DNA of 32,000 nt, taken from NCBI GenBank assembly GCA_002719775.1, contig PBEP01000015.1:36973-68972 (forward strand), read 5' to 3'. Positions 7,729 through 14,199 of the stretch are shown here, piece by piece. The stretch comes from Chloroflexota bacterium. Its GTDB lineage: Bacteria > Chloroflexota > Dehalococcoidia > Lucifugimonadales > Australimonadaceae. How positions within the stretch are numbered: the stretch's first letter is position 1; every line of letters starts with the position of its first letter. The translations under genes and the position numbers were made by a program. The notes under the pieces were generated by a model that was not told the origin of the DNA, searched no databases, and saw nothing but the letters and a program-made list of their open reading frames with translations.

Positions 7729-10185
7729 CTATATTTTGGGTTGTGCTGTTACCTTTTGCCTTTTACTTGAAACTGTAAAAGATAGAACCTGGTCAGCTCC
7801 AACTTTGACTGTATCCCCTTCCTTGATTTTTCCGGAAAGAATTTGTTTTGCAATTTCATTCTCAAGGTATTTTTGTATAGCACGCCTGAGAGGCCTTGCT
7901 CCAAAAATAGGATCAAATCCTTCTTTCGATAACCACTCTTTTGCTTCGTCTGAAAGGATTAAGTTTATTTCGCGTTCGGTTATGCGAGATTTGACTTCAT
8001 CAACCATCAACTCGACAATGCTAGCAATCTCTTCCTTTTTTAGTTCTTTGAAAACAACAAATTCATCTACGCGATTCAAGAACTCTGGTCTAAATTCACG
8101 TTTTAAAGCTTCTAATACTGCGTCCAAATGGCGTTGCTCTTCGGTCGCTTTTTGATCCGTTTTAGAAAATCCCATACCAGATTTAGCAAACTCTGAAGTG
8201 CCTAGATTTGAAGTCATAATTATCACAGTATTCCTGAAATCAATCGTTCTGCCATGACCATCTGTTAATCTTCCGTCCTCCAGTATTTGAAGCATGACAT
8301 TAAATATATCCGGATGTGCCTTTTCAATTTCGTCGAATAAAACAACTCTATAAGGCCTTCTGCGAATAGCTTCGGTTAATTGTCCAGCCTCATCGTAACC
8401 GACGTAACCTGGTGGCGCTCCTATCAACCTTGAGACTGTATGTCTTTCACCATATTCAGACATATCAACGCGAACCATGTTTTCTTCATCGTCAAATAAA
8501 AATGCTGCCAATGCTCTAGCCAATTCAGTTTTGCCAACTCCCGTTGGGCCTAAGAACATGAATGATCCAATAGGTCGTTTCGGGTCTTGCATTCCCGCTC
8601 TAGACCTTCGAATAGCATCAGCAACTGCTCGTACAGCGTCATCCTGCCCCACAACACGTTCATGCAACCGATCTTCTAGGCAAACAAGTCGTTCTGCTTC
8701 ACCTTCAAGCAATCTGTTTGTTGGTATGCCTGTCCAAGAAGCAATTAGCTTAGCAATATCATTCTCATCAACAATCAAATCGACAAAATCTTCACCCAAA
8801 AATTCAGCTCTTGCTTTCTCAAAAGTACTAGTAGCATTTAACCGTTGTGATTTAATTTTTGCGGCCAATTCAAAATCGTTTCTTTCTGCAGCAGCTATTT
8901 CTTCATCTTGCAGGCGCCTAATTTCCCTTTCTTGCTGTTGTAAATTTTGGGGCAAACTTTCAACATCCAATCTTAACTTTGCTGCTGCTTCATCAATCAG
9001 ATCTACGGCTTTATCTGGTAAGTGCCGACTGGAAATGTATCTAGAACTCAATCGAGCTGCAGAGACTAATGCGCTATCATGATAAGTAACTTTATGATGA
9101 GCTTCGTATCGTGGTTTCAATCCTTTAAGAATTTCGATGGCTTCATCAACTGATGGTTCTTCTAACCAAATAGGATGAAAGCGCCTCTCCAACGCACTGT
9201 CTTTTTCAATATACCTGCGGTACTCATCTGGCGTAGTAGCACCGATCACCTGCATTTCACCACGTGCCAAAGCAGGTTTCATGATATTTGCAGCATCGAT
9301 ACCCCCCTCAGCTGCTCCAGCACCAACTACAGTATGGAGTTCATCAATAAATAGTATTACTTCACGTTGAGCTTGTTTCAATTCATCGATTAGGGCGGTT
9401 AATCTTTCTTCAAATTCGCCCCTGAATTTTGAGCCCGCAACTAAACCGGCAATATCAAGTGCTAAAACTCGCTTATCTCGTAATATTTGTGGAACATCGC
9501 CTGCAGAGATGCGCTGTGCTAATCCTTCAGCTATAGAAGTCTTACCCATTCCTGCTCCGCCGATAATGACGGGGTTGTTCTTAGTACGCCTCGATAGAGT
9601 TTGCATCACGCTGCGGATTTCAGGAAGCCGACCAATTACCGGATCAAGCTTTCCATCACGGGCAAGAGAAGTTAAATCAATAGTGTACTTATCTAAGGTC
9701 TGGTACCTACTTTCTGCTTGTGGTGATGTAACGCGGTGTGCTCCTCTAACTTCGAGTAGTGCTTGGTAAATGCTTTCTCGATCTGCTCCATGCCTTGAGA
9801 GAATAAGTGCGGATTCTCCACCTTCCTCTGACGCAGCTGCAATTAACAGATGTTCGGTACCTATATACTCGTCATGGAGCCTATTTGCCTCCTCTTTTGC
9901 AGTTGAAAGCATTAGAACAGACCTAGGTGTAGGGTGAATTTGTGTTGTCTCGTAAGTCAATTTTGGAGTTTTATCAAGCGACCTGTAAACGTCATCAAGA
10001 ACTCTAGGAACGTCAACTTTAAGTTCATTCAGTACTTGTGCAGGCACTCCTTTTGGGTTCTCTAGTAATGCTGCTACTAGATGCTCAACATCCCAGTCAG
10101 CATGCTTCATTGTTCGTAAAAGTTCTTGTGAGCGTACTATTGCTTCTTGTGCTTGTTCAGTAAATTCTTCAGGTTTAAGTACCAT
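7729..10185 (-). CDS. clpC: Class I Clp/Hsp100 AAA+ chaperone, ClpC-type (short M-domain, ClpP-docking loop) with a ClpB-like N-terminal region
   Basis: Two Walker A motifs ([20 protein letters not shown]). The segment between [12 protein letters not shown] and VVGQDDAV is ~104 aa, which is ClpC length (ClpB is ~60 aa longer), and contains the UVR-like [11 protein letters not shown]2 has the loop SGMGF at the position of the ClpC VGF ClpP-binding loop, which ClpB lacks. The start abuts the hspR stop. Confidence 0.88.
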   Translation of the reverse strand: MVLKPEEFTEQAQEAIVRSQELLRTMKHADWDVEHLVAALLENPKGVPAQVLNELKVDVPRVLDDVYRSLDKTPKLTYETTQIHPTPRSVLMLSTAKEEANRLHDEYIGTEHLLIAAASEEGGESALILSRHGADRESIYQALLEVRGAHRVTSPQAESRYQTLDKYTIDLTSLARDGKLDPVIGRLPEIRSVMQTLSRRTKNNPVIIGGAGMGKTSIAEGLAQRISAGDVPQILRDKRVLALDIAGLVAGSKFRGEFEERLTALIDELKQAQREVILFIDELHTVVGAGAAEGGIDAANIMKPALARGEMQVIGATTPDEYRRYIEKDSALERRFHPIWLEEPSVDEAIEILKGLKPRYEAHHKVTYHDSALVSAARLSSRYISSRHLPDKAVDLIDEAAAKLRLDVESLPQNLQQQEREIRRLQDEEIAAAERNDFELAAKIKSQRLNATSTFEKARAEFLGEDFVDLIVDENDIAKLIASWTGIPTNRLLEGEAERLVCLEDRLHERVVGQDDAVRAVADAIRRSRAGMQDPKRPIGSFMFLGPTGVGKTELARALAAFLFDDEENMVRVDMSEYGERHTVSRLIGAPPGYVGYDEAGQLTEAIRRRPYRVVLFDEIEKAHPDIFNVMLQILEDGRLTDGHGRTIDFRNTVIIMTSNLGTSEFAKSGMGFSKTDQKATEEQRHLDAVLEALKREFRPEFLNRVDEFVVFKELKKEEIASIVELMVDEVKSRITEREINLILSDEAKEWLSKEGFDPIFGARPLRRAIQKYLENEIAKQILSGKIKEGDTVKVGADQVLSFTVSSKRQKVTAQPKI

Positions 10186-10551
10186 CTAGATTCTCCTAGT
10201 CCTTGCTCTTTGCCGGAAAGCAGAATCTGGCAAACGTGACTTTAATTGAGCATTTTCCTTTTCAAGTTCATTAATTCGAGCAGACATTCTCATAATTACC
10301 TCAACTCCTGCCATGTTCATACCAAGATCTTCAACCAACGATCTAATCCTCATCGCCCTCTCAACATCTCGTGCTGAATACAATCTGATATTTCCAGTAG
10401 AACGCGCGGGCTCAACAAGGCCTACTCTTTCATAAGTTCTTAGCGTTTGAGCATGTACTCCAACCATCCGGGCAGCAACGCTTATGACATATGCAGGTAC
10501 ATCGTCGGGAAGCGACCCAGCACTAATTCTGCTAAATATTGTTGTCACCAT
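10186..10551 (-). CDS. hspR: MerR-family heat-shock repressor HspR
   Basis: YVISVAARMVGVHAQTLRTYERVGLVEPARSTGNIRLYSARDVERAMRIRSL is the HspR-type MerR HTH. It sits between a J-protein gene and a Clp ATPase gene. Confidence 0.85.
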   Translation of the reverse strand: MVTTIFSRISAGSLPDDVPAYVISVAARMVGVHAQTLRTYERVGLVEPARSTGNIRLYSARDVERAMRIRSLVEDLGMNMAGVEVIMRMSARINELEKENAQLKSRLPDSAFRQRARTRRI

Positions 10552-10569
10552 AGTTAATATGCCCTTCTC

Positions 10570-11484
10570 TTAATCTTCCATTTTATTTCGGGCTTCTTTT
10601 AAGCGTACAAAAAGCGCCCGCTCTTCATCGGTAAGTTGCTCCGGAAGCATTACTTTGATCCTGACCAGGAAATCTCCTTTCCCTCCAGTCATCTTGGTCA
10701 TGCCTCTTCCGCTTAGTTTGAATGTTCTGCCGTTTTGAGTTTCAGCGGGGATAGTCAGAGCAACAGGGCCGCCATCCAAAGTAGGTATGGTCACTTCCCC
10801 CCCAAGAATTGCATCTACTAAAGAAACTTCAGCGATGTATTCCAAATTGTCACCGCGACGTTCAAACTGTTTGTCAGTGGCTATTCTTACCGTAACAGTC
10901 AAATCAACCATAGTAGACTTACTTGTGATTCCACTCATACGATGCCCAGACTTAACGCCAGCGGGGATAACTAAATCTACTGGCCGGTTTTGTTCACCGG
11001 TAATAGGATTTGGAGGCACTTGAAGCTTCCTTGTCGTTCCCTCATAAGCTTCTTTTAGGCTTATGGATATTTCTGTTTTCACTTTCCTGGAAGCAACCGA
11101 ATCACCAAGATTGACTTTACGCCCCCTGCTGGTTCTTCCAAAAAAACCGCCTAACACATCTGATAGGTCCTGCCCAGCGGCAAAGTTGAATGGGCTTTGC
11201 CCTGAAAAACCAGAATGGGCGTAGGTAGCATTACCAGCATTCTCAGCAGAGATGGCTTCTTTCCATCTTGATCCAAATCTGTCATAGGCATTTTTACTCT
11301 TTGAGTCAGAAAGAACTTTATAAGCCTCATTGACTTGCTTAAATTTTGACTCAGATTTTGGATCTCCAGGATTTACATCAGGGTGGTAGGTCCTAGCCAT
11401 TTTCCTATAGGCAGCTTTGATTTCACCATCAGTTGCGCTACGGCTCAGTCCTAACAAATTGTAATAATCTTTAGAGTCCTTCAC
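10570..11484 (-). CDS. cbpA: J-domain co-chaperone, CbpA/type II DnaJ (no zinc-finger domain)
   Basis: DYYNLLGL...AYRKMARTYHPDVNPGD is a J-domain with the HPD motif, followed by a G/F-like region and DnaJ C-terminal domains. There are no CxxCxGxG repeats. The GTG start lies 6 nt after AAGGA. Confidence 0.85.
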   Translation of the reverse strand: MKDSKDYYNLLGLSRSATDGEIKAAYRKMARTYHPDVNPGDPKSESKFKQVNEAYKVLSDSKSKNAYDRFGSRWKEAISAENAGNATYAHSGFSGQSPFNFAAGQDLSDVLGGFFGRTSRGRKVNLGDSVASRKVKTEISISLKEAYEGTTRKLQVPPNPITGEQNRPVDLVIPAGVKSGHRMSGITSKSTMVDLTVTVRIATDKQFERRGDNLEYIAEVSLVDAILGGEVTIPTLDGGPVALTIPAETQNGRTFKLSGRGMTKMTGGKGDFLVRIKVMLPEQLTDEERALFVRLKEARNKMED

Positions 11485-11530
11485 TATAGGTCCTTATTTT
11501 CTAAAATGAAGCATTCATATATTTTGGTAA

Positions 11531-11565
11531 TAGTAAACTTTAGTGCTCTGCTATAAAGTTTACTA
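11531..11565. promoter_or_regulatory. 35-bp palindrome, candidate HspR operator (divergent HAIR-like element)
   Basis: TAGTAAACTTTA-GTGCTCTGCTA-TAAAGTTTACTA has perfect 12-bp arms. The central 21 bp, CTTTAGT-N7-TATAAAG, keeps the CTT...AAG geometry of the HAIR consensus CTTGAGT-N7-ACTCAAG. It lies 47-81 nt upstream of the cbpA start. Confidence 0.5.
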
Positions 11566-11585
11566 CATAGACTTGCACAGTTCAA
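11557..11585 (-). promoter_or_regulatory. Promoter candidate for cbpA-hspR-clpC
   Basis: The minus strand reads TTGAAC (11585..11580) - 17 nt - TAAACT (11562..11557). The -10 lies inside the right arm of the palindrome. Confidence 0.35.
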
Positions 11586-11627
11586 TGTTTGGTTATTTAA
11601 GGTCTTAAGTAAAGTTACGGTTAGAGG

Positions 11628-11655
11628 TTGACCATCAATTCAGCTCTGGTAAAAT
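11628..11655 (+). promoter_or_regulatory. Promoter candidate (extended -10) for the thrC-like operon
   Basis: TTGACC (11628..11633) - 16 nt ending in TGG - TAAAAT (11650..11655), which is a TGn extended -10 context. Only ~15 nt separate the -10 from the GTG at 11671, and no Shine-Dalgarno is present. Confidence 0.45.
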
Positions 11656-11670
11656 ATGCCAGTTAACTAA

Positions 11671-12915
11671 GTGAGGGCTGAATTGGCAAATACAATATCT
11701 CTAAGGTGTCGTGAGTGTTCGCGGGATTACCCTATCGAACCGTTAAACGTTTGTGAATTTTGCTTTGGCCCATTAGAAGTTGTCTATGATTATGGCGCAA
11801 TAAATGCATCGACGTCTAGAGAAAAAATTGCATCGGGGCCACGTAGCATGTGGAGATATGCTGATTTTCTACCAGCAGACTACAACCCCGTAACAGATAT
11901 TAATGCTGGTTTCACCCCACTAATTCGGTCTCGCAATTTAGCAGAAGAGTTAGGCTTAAAAGAACTGTACATAAAAAATGATAGCGTAAACCCCTCATAT
12001 TCATTTAAGGACAGAGTCGTATCTGTTGCTTCTGCAAAAGCACTCGAATTTGGATTCGATACCATAGCATGTGCTTCTACAGGAAATCTTGCAGGTGCGG
12101 TATCCGCACATGCTGCAAGGTCCGGTATGAAAGCATACGTCTTCATCCCATCTGATCTTGAGGCCGGTAAGGTTCTTACTGCAGCTATTTACGGGGCTAC
12201 CATAGTTTCAGTAGATGGCAGCTATGACGTAGTAAACCGACTGTGCTCTGAATTGGCAGACAAGTACCGTTGGGCATTTGTAAATATAAACGTCCGTCCT
12301 TTTTATGCGGACGGTTCTAAAACATTAGGCTATGAAGTTGCGGAACAACTTGGCTGGAAGGCGCCTGTACATGCTGTTGCTCCAGCTGCCTCGGGAGCAA
12401 TGTTCACGAAAATTTGGAAAGGTCTAAATGAATTTGCCGATGCTGGCTTGATCGATACTCCTGTCAACACTCATATGCACCTTGCTCAAGCTGAAGGATG
12501 TTCTCCCATAGCAAGTGCTTACTTAGATGATCGGTTTATAATTAAACCAGTCAAGCCTGACAGTGTTGCTAAATCACTGGCAATAGGCAACCCTGCTGAT
12601 GGTTATTATGCCTTAAAAACTATAGAGTCTTCAGGTGGCTCCGCAGTAGTCGTAGAAGAGAATGAGGTATCTGAAGGAGTTAAATTACTTGCCAGAACAG
12701 AAGGTATTTTTACAGAGGGAGCAGGCGGAGTCGCAATCTCTGCTCTAAAGAAATTGGCCCAATCAGGTACAATCAAGCCGAATGACCAAACTGTAGTTTA
12801 TATAACTGGTAATGGGCTTAAAACAGTTGAATTGGTTCAGGACGTGGTTCATCCGTTATTAATTGAACCTACGGTGGATGCATTTGAGGCAGCAGTGGAT
12901 ACAAAGGTATCCTAG
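11671..12915 (+). CDS. Threonine synthase family PLP enzyme with an N-terminal zinc ribbon; gene context suggests a MetM-like O-phosphohomoserine-dependent homocysteine synthase
   Basis: CRECSRDY...CEFCFGPLEV is the zinc ribbon. The PLP-lysine motif is SFKDR, with a Gly-rich loop GNGLK. Family membership is clear; whether it is ThrC or MetM cannot be decided by eye. Confidence 0.85.
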   Translation: MRAELANTISLRCRECSRDYPIEPLNVCEFCFGPLEVVYDYGAINASTSREKIASGPRSMWRYADFLPADYNPVTDINAGFTPLIRSRNLAEELGLKELYIKNDSVNPSYSFKDRVVSVASAKALEFGFDTIACASTGNLAGAVSAHAARSGMKAYVFIPSDLEAGKVLTAAIYGATIVSVDGSYDVVNRLCSELADKYRWAFVNINVRPFYADGSKTLGYEVAEQLGWKAPVHAVAPAASGAMFTKIWKGLNEFADAGLIDTPVNTHMHLAQAEGCSPIASAYLDDRFIIKPVKPDSVAKSLAIGNPADGYYALKTIESSGGSAVVVEENEVSEGVKLLARTEGIFTEGAGGVAISALKKLAQSGTIKPNDQTVVYITGNGLKTVELVQDVVHPLLIEPTVDAFEAAVDTKVS

Positions 12916-12943
12916 TATTGAAATATAAATATAGGAGCGTGGC

Positions 12944-13180
12944 ATGCGCCGCGTCAGACTCACATACTTAGATCACATGATAAGACAACCCGTGATTTAC
13001 CAAATGGGTAAAGACTTTGATGTTGTCACCAATATCCGTAGAGCAGACATCCAGGAAAATATAGCTTGGGTGATCTTGGAATTAGAAGGTGATGAAATCG
13101 AAATTGACAATGCATTAGAGTGGGCAAGCTCTCTCGGAGTACGAGTCGATCCTGCCCTGGGTGATTTAGTTGAGGGTTGA
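12944..13180 (+). CDS. Stand-alone NIL-domain protein (the fold of the MetN C-terminal methionine-sensing domain)
   Basis: 78 aa. PVIYQMGKDFDVVTNIRRADIQENIAWVILELEGDEIEIDNALEWASSLGVRVD matches the NIL pattern (..F.V..NIL.A.I......G...L.L.G......A...L...GV.VE). AGGAG lies upstream of the ATG. Confidence 0.6.
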   Translation: MRRVRLTYLDHMIRQPVIYQMGKDFDVVTNIRRADIQENIAWVILELEGDEIEIDNALEWASSLGVRVDPALGDLVEG

Positions 13181-13204
13181 AAATAACAAATATGAGAGAA
13201 AAAG

Positions 13205-13483
13205 ATGAGCACTACTGTCAGAATACCAGGCCCTTTACGTCGATATACAGATAATGCAGATAAAGTCCAAGTTGATGCCGGTAACTTAGTTGATGTAATA
13301 AATCAGCTAAATTCTCTATTCCCTGGCATTCAGGATCGTTTATTAGATGATGCAGGAGAAATGCGTTATTTTGTAAACGTTTACTTAAATGGTGAGGATG
13401 TTAGGTTTTTACAGGGCTTGGAGACACCAATCAATGATGGAGATGAAGTCAGTATTGTTCCTGCTGTAGCTGGTGGATCCTAG
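13205..13483 (+). CDS. MoaD/ThiS-family ubiquitin-like sulfur-carrier protein, C-terminus ...VAGG-S
   Basis: 92 aa. The pattern V.IP..LR........V.V...TV..V...L....P......L.D..G..R.FVNVY.NGEDVR...GL.T....GDEV.I.PA.AGG is typical of MoaD-like carriers. The diglycine is followed by one extra Ser. Confidence 0.75.
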   Translation: MSTTVRIPGPLRRYTDNADKVQVDAGNLVDVINQLNSLFPGIQDRLLDDAGEMRYFVNVYLNGEDVRFLQGLETPINDGDEVSIVPAVAGGS

Positions 13484-13486
13484 AAT

Positions 13487-14173
13487 TTGAACCAAGATCA
13501 ATTTCCTGAAGAGAACGAATTTAGTGAAGTCTATGATGAGGATCTTGACCTAGAAAAACCAGACTTCACATCAAGTAAACAATGGCAGCTGACCAAATAT
13601 GCTGTTAGCGTACTCGTATTAATCGCACTAATACTCCCTGGGATACTATTTCTTCTTGATAGGAATGGTACAAGTTCCACAGCCAAAACCTCAGAAGAAA
13701 AAAATCACAATGCGGTTACAGTTCCTGATTTCACACTTCCAAATTCTGACGGAAAAGAGGTGCGACTTTCTCAAATAAGTTCTAACAATGAATTAGTAAT
13801 ACTGGTCTTTTATCGTGGTTACTTCTGAGGAATTTGCCAAGCACAACTGGTGGAGTTGCAAGAAGTATACCCAAGTATCAGAAAGCTCAATGCAGAAGTC
13901 ATAGCGATTAGCGTTGATAATATTGAAGATGCAGCAAGAATGGCACATCATGCTGAAGCCGAATTTCCAATACTTGCAGATACTAATGCAAATGTTTCTA
14001 AAGCCTATGGTATATATGATTTATTAGGAGATGGAGTAGCAGCACCAACTACCATAATAATTGGTAATCAGGGCCAAGTAATGGCAATTCATGTTGGGAA
14101 ACATATCGCAGATCGAATATCCACAAGTGAGTTACTACAAGTTTTAGCTGATCTAAAATGGAGTGAAGCATAG
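13487..14173 (+). CDS. Membrane-anchored thioredoxin-fold redoxin (AhpC/TSA, PRX-like2 type). Candidate selenoprotein with the in-frame TGA at 13826..13828 read as Sec (U-G-I-C motif); otherwise a nonsense-disrupted pseudogene.
   Basis: ORFs 13487..13828 and 13850..14173 share a frame (offset 363 nt). Read-through gives ...VPDFTLPNSDGKEVRLSQI...LVILVFYRGYF-[TGA]-GICQAQLVELQEVYPSIRKLNAEVIAISVD...FPILADTNANVSKAYGIY. This matches the FYRGxWCPxCxxxL family, with the TGA exactly at the first Cys. There is one N-terminal TM helix. The TTG start at 13487 is uncertain. Confidence 0.6.
13821..13866 (+). promoter_or_regulatory. Candidate bacterial SECIS-like hairpin spanning and following the in-frame TGA
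   Basis: The apical stem is CAACT (13844..13848) / AGTTG (13854..13858) with loop GGTGG (13849..13853), starting 20 nt after the TGA. The lower helices are TTG (13834..13836) / CAA (13859..13861) and ACTTC (13821..13825) / GAAGT (13862..13866), with 5'-side internal loops. Folded by eye only. Confidence 0.35.
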
Positions 14174-14192
14174 GAAGTAAATTTAAACTTCC
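14173..14192. terminator. Weak hairpin between the convergent redoxin and aroK/aroB genes
   Basis: GGAAGT-AAATTTAA-ACTTCC has a 6-bp stem and no clear U-tract on either side. Confidence 0.2.
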
Positions 14193-14199
14193 TCAGGAG

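Noticed and set aside
8477-9082. 201-aa ORF on the plus strand, plus other antisense ORFs at 7718..8155, 9509..9769, 3309..3725, 16617..17060, 22750..23202 and 27067..27366
   Set aside because: All lie entirely inside strongly supported genes on the opposite strand. They are Ser/Ala/Arg-rich and of low complexity, as expected for shadow frames, and they have no ribosome-binding sites.
7729-10185. Annotating the Hsp100 as ClpB, the usual HspR target
   Set aside because: The M-domain is about 60 aa too short for ClpB, and a ClpC-type (V/M)GF ClpP loop is present in D2. The protein is 818 aa, against about 860 for ClpB.
11566-11670. A SAM riboswitch or T-box leader upstream of the thrC-like/methionine-linked operon
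   Set aside because: Only about 105 nt are available. A good promoter sits within about 15 nt of the start codon, and I see no S-box-like conserved helices or terminator/antiterminator pair.
13826-13828. TGA as a globally reassigned codon (code 4 Trp or code 25 Gly), which would explain the split redoxin
   Set aside because: TGA clearly terminates well-conserved genes at their expected C-termini in this same window (cysS at 3296..3298, the NIL gene at 13178..13180, ruvX at 18065..18067). Long ORFs are not otherwise broken by TGA.
13487-14173. Treating 13487..13828 and 13850..14173 as two independent small genes
   Set aside because: The first stops one residue into the redox motif. The second would start in the middle of helix 1 of the thioredoxin fold and has no ribosome-binding site. 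Only the joined reading gives a complete domain. A pseudogene remains the alternative to Sec.
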